Positions 9,001 to 18,219 are shown, counted from the first letter of the stretch. The stretch: 64,000 nucleotides of DNA from Pirellulaceae bacterium (GCA_028280445.1 JANQLU010000130.1:11626-75625), one strand, 5' to 3'. Program-made: numbers and translations. The notes: a model not told the origin generated them from the sequence alone.

Positions 9001-9907
9001 CGAGGTCGCCGGCAATATGTTCGGTGATGAGTTTGTTATACGGAACATCACGGTTAAAAGCGCGAATCAAGTAGTCGCGATATTGAAATGCATGGTGAAT
9101 CGGATAATCAAATTCGTGTCCGCAAGTTTCAGCGTAGCGAACCAGGTCCATCCAGTGCCTTGCCCAGCGTTCACCAAAGTGGTGCGATGCCAGCAAGCGG
9201 TCGACAACTTTTTCATAAGCCTGAGGCGATTTGTCGTTAATGAAGTTTTTGATTTCCTGAGTCGTTGGCGGCAAACCGGTCAAGTCAAACGTGACTCGGC
9301 GAATCCAGGTCCGACGATCCGCCTCTCCGGCTGGTTTCAATTTCGCTTTGTCGAGCCCCGACAGAATAAAATGGTCCAACGGTTGGCGAGCCCAACGAGG
9401 ATTGGATGTTTTGGGAATCGGATAGTTTTTGGCGGGTCTCCAGCACCAGTGTTCGGTAAGGCGTTTTTTCAGATCAAATTCATTAGTTCTGGCAATCGTT
9501 TCGACTTTCGAATCGGGCCACGGCGCCCCCTGTTTGATCCATTTGGCAAATATCTGCCGTTCGTTTTCGGGCAGTTTTGAATCGGGTGGCATTTCAAACA
9601 GTCGGCCGTAATTAATGGCGTCGATGAAATTACTTTTTTCCGGCTCTTTGAGATTGATAGCCGGGCCGGAATCGCCACCTTTGAGCAGATCGGCGCGGCT
9701 GGAAAGACTCAGGCTTCCCTCAAATTCAGATTTCGGGCCGTGGCATTCATAGCAATGTTTGACCAGCAACGGTCGAACTTTTGTCTCAAAAAATTCGATT
9801 TGTTGCGCGGTAAATTTCTTTTTGTCTTGTTGCCCCAACGAGGTAGAGCACGCGGTCGTGAAGCAAGCAAAAAATACAATGGCGGCGACGATTGTACGGT
9901 TGAGCAT
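6053..9907 (-). CDS. Planctomycete cytochrome-c-like PSCyt / DUF1549 / DUF1553 multidomain protein
   Basis: 1284 aa with a signal peptide. It has 'KHCYECHGP' (CxxCH) near the N-terminus and 'CARCHDHKFD' (DUF1549 motif). It is followed by a DUF1501 gene, the canonical pairing. Confidence 0.8.
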   Translation of the reverse strand: MLNRTIVAAIVFFACFTTACSTSLGQQDKKKFTAQQIEFFETKVRPLLVKHCYECHGPKSEFEGSLSLSSRADLLKGGDSGPAINLKEPEKSNFIDAINYGRLFEMPPDSKLPENERQIFAKWIKQGAPWPDSKVETIARTNEFDLKKRLTEHWCWRPAKNYPIPKTSNPRWARQPLDHFILSGLDKAKLKPAGEADRRTWIRRVTFDLTGLPPTTQEIKNFINDKSPQAYEKVVDRLLASHHFGERWARHWMDLVRYAETCGHEFDYPIHHAFQYRDYLIRAFNRDVPYNKLITEHIAGDLDPNPRRHPTEKYNESILGTGFWFLGEATHGPVDSKGDEAGRIDNQIDVMSKTFLGLTIACARCHDHKFDAISLKDYYSLSGFLQSSRRQATLIDKNNLIGDSEKRARKYLASASTNLQTLQQSIARDLKDKQIAKYLQAAILYNSANRQWLEKNDLHYQGEALRILRKTGGDTLVQRIKPRRGFRWEGNQQIWWFNGKVGDELTLEFEVKSDGKYRIEGNFSKAIDYGIAQILVDGKPGKEIDFYNSSLATTGRITIAEQDLKLGKHKLTFRLTGMNKKGVPKHMVGLDFLHVKRIGKSAAETGRITLESLSRKFELDNQTLQKWVDVLRDQAIEKTDHPLFAAQQLIATAKFDKASLKQIKQRIADFEKRARDTRKNAIQFADFKNGTNGWYRTGHAFDPQPVSTEHEFDFNSPERIALPGTLGSGRVGKRFYGVMRSPTFEIKHAHIHYRMKAENIQVRLIVDGFTMDIFNSLLFNGLNFKYSSNGQYNWRTQGGDLRNHIGKRAHIEIIDHGNGFASLDEIWFSSGGSPTDSPGPMTQKIFAEFDGQSLESFCKTLAANMIATITSDKSDKRDRSQLFSLLMKHQVGITADANVQHSKRDENFVSTKHHSPATAALKALTDIRAQLVENNKKTPRPLFAIAIADGTGENENVFIRGNHKNLGGKTPRRLIDALGGDQWPDLKPSDGSGRLKLAQKIANPDNPLTSRVITNRLWHHMFGRGIVKSVDNFGVLGEKPTHPELLDFMAKQFVADQWSIKKTLKRIALSSTYRMSSKSDSATVKADPSNKYFHHMPIKRLQGEAIRDAMLQISGQLDRKVYGPSVSVHLTPFMQGRGRPGKSGPLDGARRRSIYTETRRNFLPPMMLAFDTPVPFNTVGRRNVSNVPAQALILMNDPFVISQAEKWAETLLKDKNTTEQRIQLIYESAFGRPPTKFEVEKSKAFLKSQADAYRVDHSKINDDKRVWTDFCHVMFNVKEFIFIR

Positions 9908-10118
9908 TTGTAGCCTTATCAGCTGACCAATTTAATTTTTATGTCTCTCGCAATTACTATTAGTATAAAGACTAAGTTAATTTACGTCAAAATAAGGTTG
10001 CCCGCCAACGCCCATCAAATTGGGCCTTTCGGTAAAGCGTATTGAAGCTAAAAATAGAAGCCCTTCCAGACCTTGACGGTTAATCTATCTAACAAAACAA
10101 ATTCACGCGGAATTTCAA

Positions 10119-12050
10119 ATGACACAGCCTGCTGAGCATCTCAGTTCATTGATCGAAAAACGATTGACCCGACGACAAGTTCTCGGTGGAGTAGTCGCGT
10201 CAGCGGCAACGGTCTCATTAGGCTGCGAAAAAAAAGCTACTCCGCAAAAACAGCAAACGAATTATGAAGATTTGCCGACTGGGCAGGGTGGCAGCGGAGA
10301 TCAAAAAAACACGAATGCTTCAACGCTCGGTTTTCAAGAAATCGAACACGCCATCGATCAGCAGGCGCATGTTGCCAAAGATCACGATCTGCAAGTCGTT
10401 GTTAGTTGGGGTGACCCGATGTTCGACGACTCGCCAAAATTCGATGCCAACAATTTGACCCCTGAATCGCAACTCAAACAGTTTGGCTACAACAACGATT
10501 TCGTGGCATACTTGCCGCTGCCTCAAGGGTCGGACAATTCCGACCACGGATTGCTTTGTGTGAACAATGAATACGTGTCTGCCGAGATCATGTTTGCAGG
10601 CGTCGAATATAAAACTAAATGGAAAACGATGACCAAACAGCAGACGATGGTCGAGATGGCGGCTCACGGCCACAGCGTTGTGGAAATCAAAAAAGAAAAC
10701 GGAAAATGGAATCTGGTCAACGGGAAATGGAATCGTCGATTGAGCGCATTGAATACGCGATTTGATTTCTCCGGGCCCGCAGCAGGCCATGATCGAATGA
10801 AAACAACCGATTGCCCCGATGGACGTCAATGTACCGGTACGTTGAACAATTGTGCCGGTGGGGTGACGCCCTGGGGAACCGTGTTAATCGCTGAAGAGAA
10901 TTTCCACGGCTATTTTGGCGGCAAGATCGATGGCGGTCCGGAGATTGAGAACTACAAAATTTACGAAGTCGGCAAAAACAAACATTCCTGGTATCGGTTC
11001 TTTCGTCGATTTAATGTTGAGTTGGAGCCGAACAGCCCGAATCTTTACGGTTGGGTTGTCGAATTCGATCCTTTCGATCCCCAATCAATGCCGGTCAAAC
11101 GAACGGCGCTCGGTCGCGTCCGACACGAAGGTGCAACCACGGCATTGACCGCCGATGGGCGATTGGTCGTTTACTCGGGTGACGATCAAGCCGATCAGTT
11201 CGTGTATCGATTTGTTACAACAGCGAAATGCAATCCTGAAAATCGCGCAGCCAACAAAAACATTTTGGACGAAGGTGTTTTGTCTGTCGCCAAGTTTGAT
11301 GCGGACGGTTCGATGAAATGGTTGCCGTTGATTTACGGCCAAGGTCCGCTGATCAACGCCAATGGATTTCAATCACAAGCAGATGTGTTGATCGAAACGC
11401 GCAAAGCGGCCAAGTTGCTCGGTGCGACTCCGATGGACCGTCCCGAAGACGCGGAAACCAATCCTGTGACAGGGCGAGTCTACGTCATGTTAACCAACAA
11501 TAATTCGCGCACGGAAACGAACCATGCCAACCCGCGCCCCAAAAATATTCACGGTCACATCATTGAAATGATCCCACCAGAAATTGACGGCAAAGTGGAC
11601 CACGGCGCAGAGTCCTACCAGTGGGATATTTTTCTACAGGCAGGAGATCCGGCAAAGGAAAAGGTAAAGGCGAAATATCATGAGCAAGTGACCGAACACG
11701 GTTGGTTGAGTTGTCCGGACAATTGCACGTTTGATGCGAAAGGGCGGCTGTGGATTGCAACAGATGGCGCCACAAATACGTCGGGATTTGGTGATGCGAT
11801 TTACGCTTGCGACACCACGGGCGAGGGGCGCGCTCTAACAAAACAATTCTTTCGCGGACCGGTTGGCGCTGAAATCTGTGGCCCCTGTTTCACACCCGAC
11901 AACAAAACCATGTTCGCCGCTGTACAACACCCCGGCGAAGGAAGCAGTTTCTCCAAACCATCAACCCGTTGGCCAGATTTTGACGAAAACATCCCACCCC
12001 GACCATCTGTTATTGCCATCACACGCCATGACGGAAAGCGGATAGGGTGA
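10119..12050 (+). CDS. phoX: PhoX-family (DUF839) alkaline phosphatase, Tat-exported
   Basis: Tat motif 'LTRRQVLGGVVASAATVSLG'. Motifs 'NCAGGVTPWGT', 'RTALGRVRHEGA', 'PMDRPEDAETNP' and 'CGPCFTPDNKTMF' fit the PhoX/DUF839 beta-propeller phosphatase family. Confidence 0.75.
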   Translation: MTQPAEHLSSLIEKRLTRRQVLGGVVASAATVSLGCEKKATPQKQQTNYEDLPTGQGGSGDQKNTNASTLGFQEIEHAIDQQAHVAKDHDLQVVVSWGDPMFDDSPKFDANNLTPESQLKQFGYNNDFVAYLPLPQGSDNSDHGLLCVNNEYVSAEIMFAGVEYKTKWKTMTKQQTMVEMAAHGHSVVEIKKENGKWNLVNGKWNRRLSALNTRFDFSGPAAGHDRMKTTDCPDGRQCTGTLNNCAGGVTPWGTVLIAEENFHGYFGGKIDGGPEIENYKIYEVGKNKHSWYRFFRRFNVELEPNSPNLYGWVVEFDPFDPQSMPVKRTALGRVRHEGATTALTADGRLVVYSGDDQADQFVYRFVTTAKCNPENRAANKNILDEGVLSVAKFDADGSMKWLPLIYGQGPLINANGFQSQADVLIETRKAAKLLGATPMDRPEDAETNPVTGRVYVMLTNNNSRTETNHANPRPKNIHGHIIEMIPPEIDGKVDHGAESYQWDIFLQAGDPAKEKVKAKYHEQVTEHGWLSCPDNCTFDAKGRLWIATDGATNTSGFGDAIYACDTTGEGRALTKQFFRGPVGAEICGPCFTPDNKTMFAAVQHPGEGSSFSKPSTRWPDFDENIPPRPSVIAITRHDGKRIG

Positions 12051-12130
12051 TGAGGGGCGAGGAAAGAGACGTGAGGGACGAGATAAAAGGGGCGAGATAC
12101 TCTTCCGTCGAACCTCTTCCCTAAAACCTC

Positions 12131-13033
12131 CTACTTAATTCCCGATCCTGTTTCTTTGCGGTTGAGTTGTTTTCTCATTTGTTGCAGTTGTTCGCGCAGG
12201 CGGCGGATTTCTTCGTCTCGCGGGTCGGTGTTGTTGCGACGCGAAGTGTTGTTTTGCTTCGGTGGCACGAATGTGTTAGGAATGACTCTCGGTGGGTTGT
12301 TGTTAATGACTGACGACATGCCTTTGGGGGCTGGGAGAGTCGCTTGTTGATCGAGAACTGGCGGTGCAAAATTGTTGTTGATTTTTGACAATTGGCGAGG
12401 AGCCTGGAGCCTGGATGGCGCGGTGTCCAGTTTGTCAGGAATGGTGTCGCCGTTGGCTGCTATGAGTTGGTATTTTCGACCGCCGCGGCTGATCACGATT
12501 TCGATGCGATCACCTTTTCCCAACACTTTGAGCAAGTCATTGACTTCTTTCATACTTTCGACCGGCACGCCTCCGACGCCCAGAACTCGATCGCCTTTGC
12601 GAATGCCTGCGTCGCCAAGTAAACCTTGTGGAGTACGTGTGACACGGAAACCGTATTTGTCAAACTTGGCCGCGTCCTTGGCGCTGAGCAACTGCGGTTT
12701 CAAATGATCCGTATCTTGAATCAGATTGGCGCGATCGCGTGGATCGGCTGGTGTCGGTTGACGATCATATGGCCGCTGGCCGTTTCGTTCATACGCTTTT
12801 TTTCTGGCCTCAGCCGCCTTCTTGGCTTGCTCGGCCCGTTTGCGATCAGCATCCTTTTTTTCAATCCGATCCCGGATTCGCTTGATCAATTCGCCTTTGG
12901 GCATCGCTTCGCGAAATCGTTTTCCCAGTCGTTCGAAAGGCCGTTGAGCGTCCGTCGGGATCGCAAACACAAACAGGATGGCCGTAGACAATCCACCAAT
13001 CAACGCGAGCTTTTTCACAAACACAACAAACAT
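12131..13033 (-). CDS. PDZ domain-containing periplasmic protein
   Basis: Signal/TM N-terminus, then a lysine/arginine-rich region. The PDZ core is 'GDRVLGVGGVPVESMKEVNDLLKVLGKGDRIEIVISRGGRKYQL'. Confidence 0.6.
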   Translation of the reverse strand: MFVVFVKKLALIGGLSTAILFVFAIPTDAQRPFERLGKRFREAMPKGELIKRIRDRIEKKDADRKRAEQAKKAAEARKKAYERNGQRPYDRQPTPADPRDRANLIQDTDHLKPQLLSAKDAAKFDKYGFRVTRTPQGLLGDAGIRKGDRVLGVGGVPVESMKEVNDLLKVLGKGDRIEIVISRGGRKYQLIAANGDTIPDKLDTAPSRLQAPRQLSKINNNFAPPVLDQQATLPAPKGMSSVINNNPPRVIPNTFVPPKQNNTSRRNNTDPRDEEIRRLREQLQQMRKQLNRKETGSGIK

Positions 13034-13273
13034 CCTTGTTTTCTAGGTGAGGCAAACTGGTCGTATAGTTTTTTCGGACGTGTCGGTTGGGAATGTCGAA
13101 TTTGTGTTGAATGTTCGAGTCAGATTGCCGTTTCGTGCTCTTGCCTACAATCAAACCATTTTACGTACGTGACACGACAGGCAGCCGATTGCCGTGCGAT
13201 CGCATCGCGATGATGACCCGTTCGCGGTACAATCACTACATTCGAAACACCTTGAGACCAAGCGGAATCCACG

Positions 13274-14545
13274 ATGACAAAAATTGTCCTAGGAACGATT
13301 CAAACACTTTCTATCGCGATCGTGATGTTGGCCCTGTGCGTTGGGAAATCTCCCGCTCAAGAACAGCAACAAAAACAACCCAAGATGAGCACATCGTGGC
13401 AGGCCGCGCTCAAATCACCTGGCGGGTTGATCGAATTCGTTATTGAACGAATCTCGGAATCTGAATCGAACGACGGCGAGTTGTATTTACACGTCGGTGA
13501 CGAAAAAATCAAAGTCGATCAAGGAGTTATCAACGCCAAAAAAATGGTTTTGTCATTTCCGCATTATGATTCCAAAATCGAAGCTAAATACGATCAAACG
13601 GCAGGTCAATACATTGGCAAATGGACCAAGCGTCAGTCGAAAACCAAATTTAGTTCACTGCCGTTTTCGGCCAAGCCGATGGCTGGTGGAAAAAATCCCA
13701 AGTCGGTAAACCAAAAAATTGGCGGCCGTTGGAAAGTTGATTTTGAAAAAAGTGATGATCCCGCAGTCGGAATTTTCAAAGTCGAGTCCAACGGTCGGGC
13801 CACGGGAACTTTTTTAACGACCACCGGTGATTACCGGTTTCTCGGAGGAACGGTCGATGGTGACCAATTGACGTTGAGCTGTTTTGACGGCGCGCACGCT
13901 TTTTTGTTTCGAGCCAGGATCGGAACCGATGGCAAATTGTCGGGAACATTTTGGTCGCGAGACAGTTGGAAAGAAAAATGGGCGGCCACGAAAGATCCCA
14001 ATGCAAAATTACCCGACGCGTTCAAGCTGACGAAATGGAACAGCAATGTTCCGCTGTCCAAAACCAAAGTTCATCGACTCGACGGTTCGGTGTGTTCATT
14101 GGCCGATAAAAAATTGCTCGGCAAAAACGGGACGCTGATTTATGTTTTTGGATCCTGGTGTCCCAACTGCCATGACGCCGGCGAGTATCTTGCGAAGTTG
14201 TATAAAAAACACAAAAACGACGGGATCAACGTGGTGGGAGTCGCGTTTGAGTTGACCGAAGATTTAAAACGCAGCACAGCGCAAGTGAAAATTTATTTGC
14301 AACGCCACAAGACGGATTTTCCGGTCGTGATCGGTGGACGTGCCGATTTGGGTAAAGCTGCGGCGACCAAGCAATTTCATTTGATCGATCGAATTCGATC
14401 GTATCCGACAACGATTTTTGTAAATCCCGATCAATCGATTCTCGCGATCCATACGGGATTTTCAGGTCCGGCAACGGGCAAAGCTTACGAAGAACTCAAG
14501 AAAAAATTTGAGGCGATCATTAACCAGTGGCTGCAGCAAAAATAG
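13274..14545 (+). CDS. Thiol:disulfide oxidoreductase, TlpA/ResA-like redoxin domain with an N-terminal domain of unknown function
   Basis: Signal peptide. The C-terminal 'LIYVFGSWCPNCHDAGEYLAKL' contains a WCxxC thioredoxin active site. Confidence 0.7.
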   Translation: MTKIVLGTIQTLSIAIVMLALCVGKSPAQEQQQKQPKMSTSWQAALKSPGGLIEFVIERISESESNDGELYLHVGDEKIKVDQGVINAKKMVLSFPHYDSKIEAKYDQTAGQYIGKWTKRQSKTKFSSLPFSAKPMAGGKNPKSVNQKIGGRWKVDFEKSDDPAVGIFKVESNGRATGTFLTTTGDYRFLGGTVDGDQLTLSCFDGAHAFLFRARIGTDGKLSGTFWSRDSWKEKWAATKDPNAKLPDAFKLTKWNSNVPLSKTKVHRLDGSVCSLADKKLLGKNGTLIYVFGSWCPNCHDAGEYLAKLYKKHKNDGINVVGVAFELTEDLKRSTAQVKIYLQRHKTDFPVVIGGRADLGKAAATKQFHLIDRIRSYPTTIFVNPDQSILAIHTGFSGPATGKAYEELKKKFEAIINQWLQQK

Positions 14546-14547
14546 CG

Positions 14548-15945
14548 TTATTGGTTTGCTGTCGTTGTCGCCGCGTTGAGAGTCGTCATGGATGATTCCA
14601 AAGCCATGATGGCGGGCATTTCGATCCCTTTTTGATTCTCCGAAATGGCGCGGAATTCGTCTTCTTTAGCAACAAACGCTTCGACAATTTCCGGATCGAA
14701 CTGAGTGCCTGTGCCAGCGACTATGATCGCTTTGCTTTCCTCGTGGCTCATGGCTTTTTTGTACGGTCGTTTGGTCGTCAAAGCGTCATAGACGTCGGCC
14801 ACCGAAACAATCCGTGCTTCTAACGGAATGTCTTCGCCTGATAAGCGGTACGGATATCCGGTGCCGTCCCATCGTTCGTGATGGCCATAAGTAATTTTTC
14901 GAGCCATCTCCAAAAATGTATCTTCGCCCAATTTGGCCTGAATTGCATCGAGGCACTCTCCACCGATCACAGTGTGTTGTTCCATCACAAATCGTTCGTC
15001 CTGAGTCAGTGAACCAGGTTTGAGTAAGATTGCGTCCGGAATGCCGACTTTTCCAATATCGTGCAGCGATGCAGCGACACCGATGTTGGCAATGTATTCA
15101 TCGTCGATCCGCGAATCGAACTCTTTGAGATGTTGTGTCAGGATCGTGACATACCTGCGAATCCGTTCCAAGTGTTCGCCGGTATCAGTGTCACGCGATT
15201 CAGCAAGTTTCGCCAAGCCAAAAATGATGGCGTTTTTGGTTTTCATCAGCGAAGCCGATCGTTCATCCACAATTTGTTTCAGCTGACTTTTTTGTTCGGT
15301 ATTGGTTGAATCGTAGCGTTGCAAGACGACGACGATCAAACTGGTGCTGACCAGGCCAATTAACAATGTAATGCCGAACCCAAGCTGGCGAACCAGCAGC
15401 ATCAAATTGGTCAGTGCAGCTGAATTGTGAACATCATCTTGAACAACGCAAAAAGCGTGTTTTGAGTCAGTCAATCGCGTCAGTGACATGACAACTTGCT
15501 GGCCATCGATCGTGGTGAGGCCGGACAATACTTCATTGCTAGGTGATTGTTTGACGAGTTCCCCGATGATCTGATCACCATTTTTCGTTTTCAAAACGTT
15601 TTTTCCAATGGACGATCGGCTTTCGGGACCAATAGACAGCTGCCCTGTTTCCAAATCGAGAATACCAAATGTGGTTCGCGAAGGAGTTGTCCATTTGGCG
15701 ATACGTTTTTCCATTTGAATCCATTGTTCCGAATCACGTGACACGTTTTCGAGATCGAATTGAGATTCAAATTGCGGTGCCAGGTTACCGGCCAAAAATT
15801 CTGTGTTTTGAGTGGCTCGTTCGCGTGACAGGGTTTCGAACTGCTGCTGGATCCAATCCGCAAAATACATCACGCCCAACAGCATCACCGCGAGCTGCGT
15901 TGACGAAATCAATACAACAAGTAACCAACGTTTTTTGATTTTCAT
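14548..15945 (-). CDS. HD-GYP domain cyclic-di-GMP phosphodiesterase with an N-terminal periplasmic sensor region flanked by TM helices
   Basis: 'LHDIGKVGIP...GHHERWDGTGYPYRL...ADVYDALTTKRPYK' are HD and GYP signatures. TM helices lie at the N-terminus and around residue 190. Confidence 0.8.
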   Translation of the reverse strand: MKIKKRWLLVVLISSTQLAVMLLGVMYFADWIQQQFETLSRERATQNTEFLAGNLAPQFESQFDLENVSRDSEQWIQMEKRIAKWTTPSRTTFGILDLETGQLSIGPESRSSIGKNVLKTKNGDQIIGELVKQSPSNEVLSGLTTIDGQQVVMSLTRLTDSKHAFCVVQDDVHNSAALTNLMLLVRQLGFGITLLIGLVSTSLIVVVLQRYDSTNTEQKSQLKQIVDERSASLMKTKNAIIFGLAKLAESRDTDTGEHLERIRRYVTILTQHLKEFDSRIDDEYIANIGVAASLHDIGKVGIPDAILLKPGSLTQDERFVMEQHTVIGGECLDAIQAKLGEDTFLEMARKITYGHHERWDGTGYPYRLSGEDIPLEARIVSVADVYDALTTKRPYKKAMSHEESKAIIVAGTGTQFDPEIVEAFVAKEDEFRAISENQKGIEMPAIMALESSMTTLNAATTTANQ

Positions 15946-16225
15946 CGAAACAGGCTAGTTGGAACAGGACGTGGGGCGCAGGCCACCAGACCTGCTGTTC
16001 ACAGTATGGAAACTCTAGGACACGCTAAAAACGCAGAATCCGTTAGAAAGTTTTTACGGGGCAATGCTGCGGCAGAAAATTGCGATGTGCGCGGTGCGAT
16101 TGGGAGAATTGGAATAATCGATAGGGCGATGACGGTGTGCAGTTCGGTTTTCACACAGGGGTTTGTTGTTTGGCGTGGAATTGAGCCGGTGGTTTGTGTT
16201 GAGTTGGTCAGTGGAAGGAAGAAAA

Positions 16226-16470
16226 AAGCTCACGCAAAGTCGCAGAGACGCAGAGAAATTTGGGAGGGTGAGGCTTCGGGAGGGCGAGGCTCCCGCCGAG
16301 CCGAAACCTGTGAGCGGCAAGGCGCTAGCCGCCGGTTTGTTAGTGCTTCGTACCTGCGGTAGCGCCTTGCCGCTCACAGTGGTTGTCATGATCTCCGCGT
16401 CTCTGCGCCTCTGCGTGAGCCCATCCACAACGCCTGATTGTCCGGCTCGGCAGGAGCCTCGCCCTCCCGA
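16226..16470. repeat. Full mosaic family-2 element with modules A-B-C-C'-A'-B'
   Basis: Module A is CTCACGCA..GAGACGCAGAG. Module B is GGGAGGGCGAGGCTCCCGCCGAGCC. Module C is the palindrome GTGAGCGGCAAGGCGCTAGCCGCCGG...CGGTAGCGCCTTGCCGCTCAC. A' and B' are their reverse complements. Confidence 0.6.
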
Positions 16471-16577
16471 AAACAACTTTCTACGTACAAAGAAAAAAGG
16501 AGACCGCGATTTCGGCGGTCTCCCGGTAAAAAGTGGTCCGTTGGGGAGGACTAGGCAGATGCATTATTTTCTAAAAA

Positions 16578-17207
16578 TTATTTTCGACGGATTGGCTCCC
16601 TTCTCGATTTCGCTTGATCAAAATCCATGATGATGCGGATCGAGGGACCAAAGCCGACGAGGCCGGAGACTTTCCACTGGTCGTCGTCCAAGGAAAACAG
16701 CATCTGCATTTTTTGCTGCGATCCTTGAATCTTGATCTTGAAATCGGCAGTCGCCTTTTTGTTGTCATCGTGCATTCGAATTTTGCTGATTCGCGGTTTG
16801 CTGCCTTTGTCAGGAGCGCCCATGGAAAAATAAGAACGCTGACTATCAAAATTCTCCTGACCTTTGGCCGTCAAGTATTTGCGAACATCGTTGGGTTTGT
16901 CGCGGACTGCAGCGTAGAAATCTGCCGCCAGTTTTTTCATCGCTTTCTCAGCTCGATATTTGGCGTTTCGCTTGATGAATTCAAGATCACCTCGGCTGAG
17001 TTTGTCCAAAGCGATCGTCAATTCACGACCGTCATCGGTCAAGATCTTGACAGCATCCTTGTCAGCCGACACCAATTTCGCTTTGACCTTATAATCTCCT
17101 TTCGAACTTTTCCAGGTCCGCATTTGAGCGTCGGCTGTCGAAGCGAATGCAATTCCGGCAAGCATTGCCGCCAATAGAAAACGATGGAACAAGTGGGAAC
17201 GATACAT
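16578..17207 (-). CDS. Secreted SHD1 (SLA1 homology domain 1)-containing protein
   Basis: Signal peptide 'LLAAMLAGIAFASTADA'. 'RTWKSSKGDYKVKAKLVSADKDAVKILTDDGRELTIALDKLSRGDLEFIK' matches the SHD1 pattern common in Planctomycetes. Confidence 0.55.
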   Translation of the reverse strand: MYRSHLFHRFLLAAMLAGIAFASTADAQMRTWKSSKGDYKVKAKLVSADKDAVKILTDDGRELTIALDKLSRGDLEFIKRNAKYRAEKAMKKLAADFYAAVRDKPNDVRKYLTAKGQENFDSQRSYFSMGAPDKGSKPRISKIRMHDDNKKATADFKIKIQGSQQKMQMLFSLDDDQWKVSGLVGFGPSIRIIMDFDQAKSRREPIRRK

Positions 17208-17521
17208 TTCTCTCTCCTATTCGACTCCGATCAATTTTTGAAATGCCCCCAAGTTTCAAAATTCGAGTCGACGGTGCTAGATTACAATCAATGTTACCGC
17301 TGCTTTTTGGACTCCAGCAAAATTATTTTCGTAAAGACAAGTGAGTGTATTCCGTTTCACTTAGTGCTGGTCATTGGGGGCAAGCGATTGGTTGTGTTGC
17401 CTAAGAATGCAGTCAAATGTTAATTGCAATCTTGATCATACAAGCACGAAGCGTAATAGGATTTTGCATCAGGAATTGTAACTCCAGTTGAGCCAACGAC
17501 TTCCTACAATCGCAACCCGAA

Positions 17522-17575
17522 GCGTGAGCGAGGGACCACACGATGCTGATGTGCGGTGAAACGTGGTCCCTCACT
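17522..17575. repeat. Family-4 hairpin repeat (copy 2)
   Basis: GTGAGCGAGGGACCAC ... GTGGTCCCTCAC inverted arms. Confidence 0.55.
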
Positions 17576-17614
17576 TACGTTTCGGGTTATGATTTTTGTT
17601 TAATGCAAAATCCT

Positions 17615-17661
17615 GTGAGCGAGGGACCGCGTTTTCACGATCACACCACATGGATTCTGAT
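17615..17661. repeat. Family-4 hairpin repeat (copy 3, degenerate right arm)
   Basis: GTGAGCGAGGGACC ... GATCCCTCGCAC. Confidence 0.45.
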
Positions 17662-17686
17662 CCCTCGCACACGTTTCGCTCTTGCG

Positions 17687-17742
17687 ATTGTCGCAGTAGG
17701 GCCGATTCCCACCGGCCAATCTGACAAACGGCCGGTAGGAAC
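17687..17742. repeat. Family-1 REP-like hairpin (22-bp stem GTAGGGCCGATTCCCACCGGCC / GGCCGGTAGGAACCGGCCCTAC)
   Basis: Inverted repeat read directly. It is one of 8 copies in the window. Confidence 0.65.
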
Positions 17743-17771
17743 CGGCCCTACTTGATTTTTAATTTCGTGTA

Positions 17772-17806
17772 TTGACATTTACGGTATTTTGTCGTAGATT
17801 TACGGT
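17772..17806 (+). promoter_or_regulatory. Candidate sigma70-like promoter (TTGACA-17 bp-TAGATT) overlapped by two direct repeats ATTTACGGT spaced 21 bp apart; possible BlaI operator
   Basis: Located 30-65 bp upstream of the blaI-like start (17839). The repeats at 17777-17785 and 17798-17806 overlap the -35 and -10 hexamers. Confidence 0.3.
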
Positions 17807-17838
17807 TAATGATCGTAATTTGGTGATGGAGAGAGATT

Positions 17839-18219
17839 TTGGAAAGCGGACGACTGACAAAAGCGGAAATGGCGATCATGGAGTTGCTGTGGGACACCGA
17901 GCAGCTGACGGCGCGACAAATCCGCGAAAAACTTTATGGCGACTCGGAAAAAGCGCAACACGGAACGGTGCAGCGGTTGCTGCAAAGCCTCGAAGAAAAA
18001 GGCTTTTTGACGCGCGATCGAAGCTTAGGAGTTCATCTATTTTCGGCGGTCGTCAGTCGTGAAGCTTACGGTGGATTGCAATTGGAATCGCTGGCCAAAA
18101 AGCTGACCGGTGGATCAATCGCACCGCTGCTCACTCATTTGCTCGAAGAAAAAAAGCTGGACAAGGCTGAGATCAAACGTCTTCGTAAATTGCTCGAGGA
18201 GCCGAAAAAACGTGGTTGA
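17839..18219 (+). CDS. BlaI/MecI/CopY-family transcriptional repressor
   Basis: 126 aa. 'LTKAEMAIMELLWDTEQLTARQIREKL...GTVQRLLQSLEEKGFLTR' is the winged-helix signature of the penicillinase repressor family. Its stop overlaps the GTG start of the downstream M56 gene. The start is TTG at 17839, or ATG at 17869. Confidence 0.8.
   Translation: MESGRLTKAEMAIMELLWDTEQLTARQIREKLYGDSEKAQHGTVQRLLQSLEEKGFLTRDRSLGVHLFSAVVSREAYGGLQLESLAKKLTGGSIAPLLTHLLEEKKLDKAEIKRLRKLLEEPKKRG

Noticed and set aside
16006-16630. ORFs 16006..16362 +, 16054..16476 - and 16163..16630 + across the mosaic repeat element
   Set aside because: They are entirely inside the family-2 composite repeat (modules A/B/C). The peptides contain the recurring repeat-derived strings 'SRRDAE', 'PVSGKALAAG' and 'SASLRLCV', which also appear in ORFs over other copies (571..837, 20398..20652, 61356..61550).
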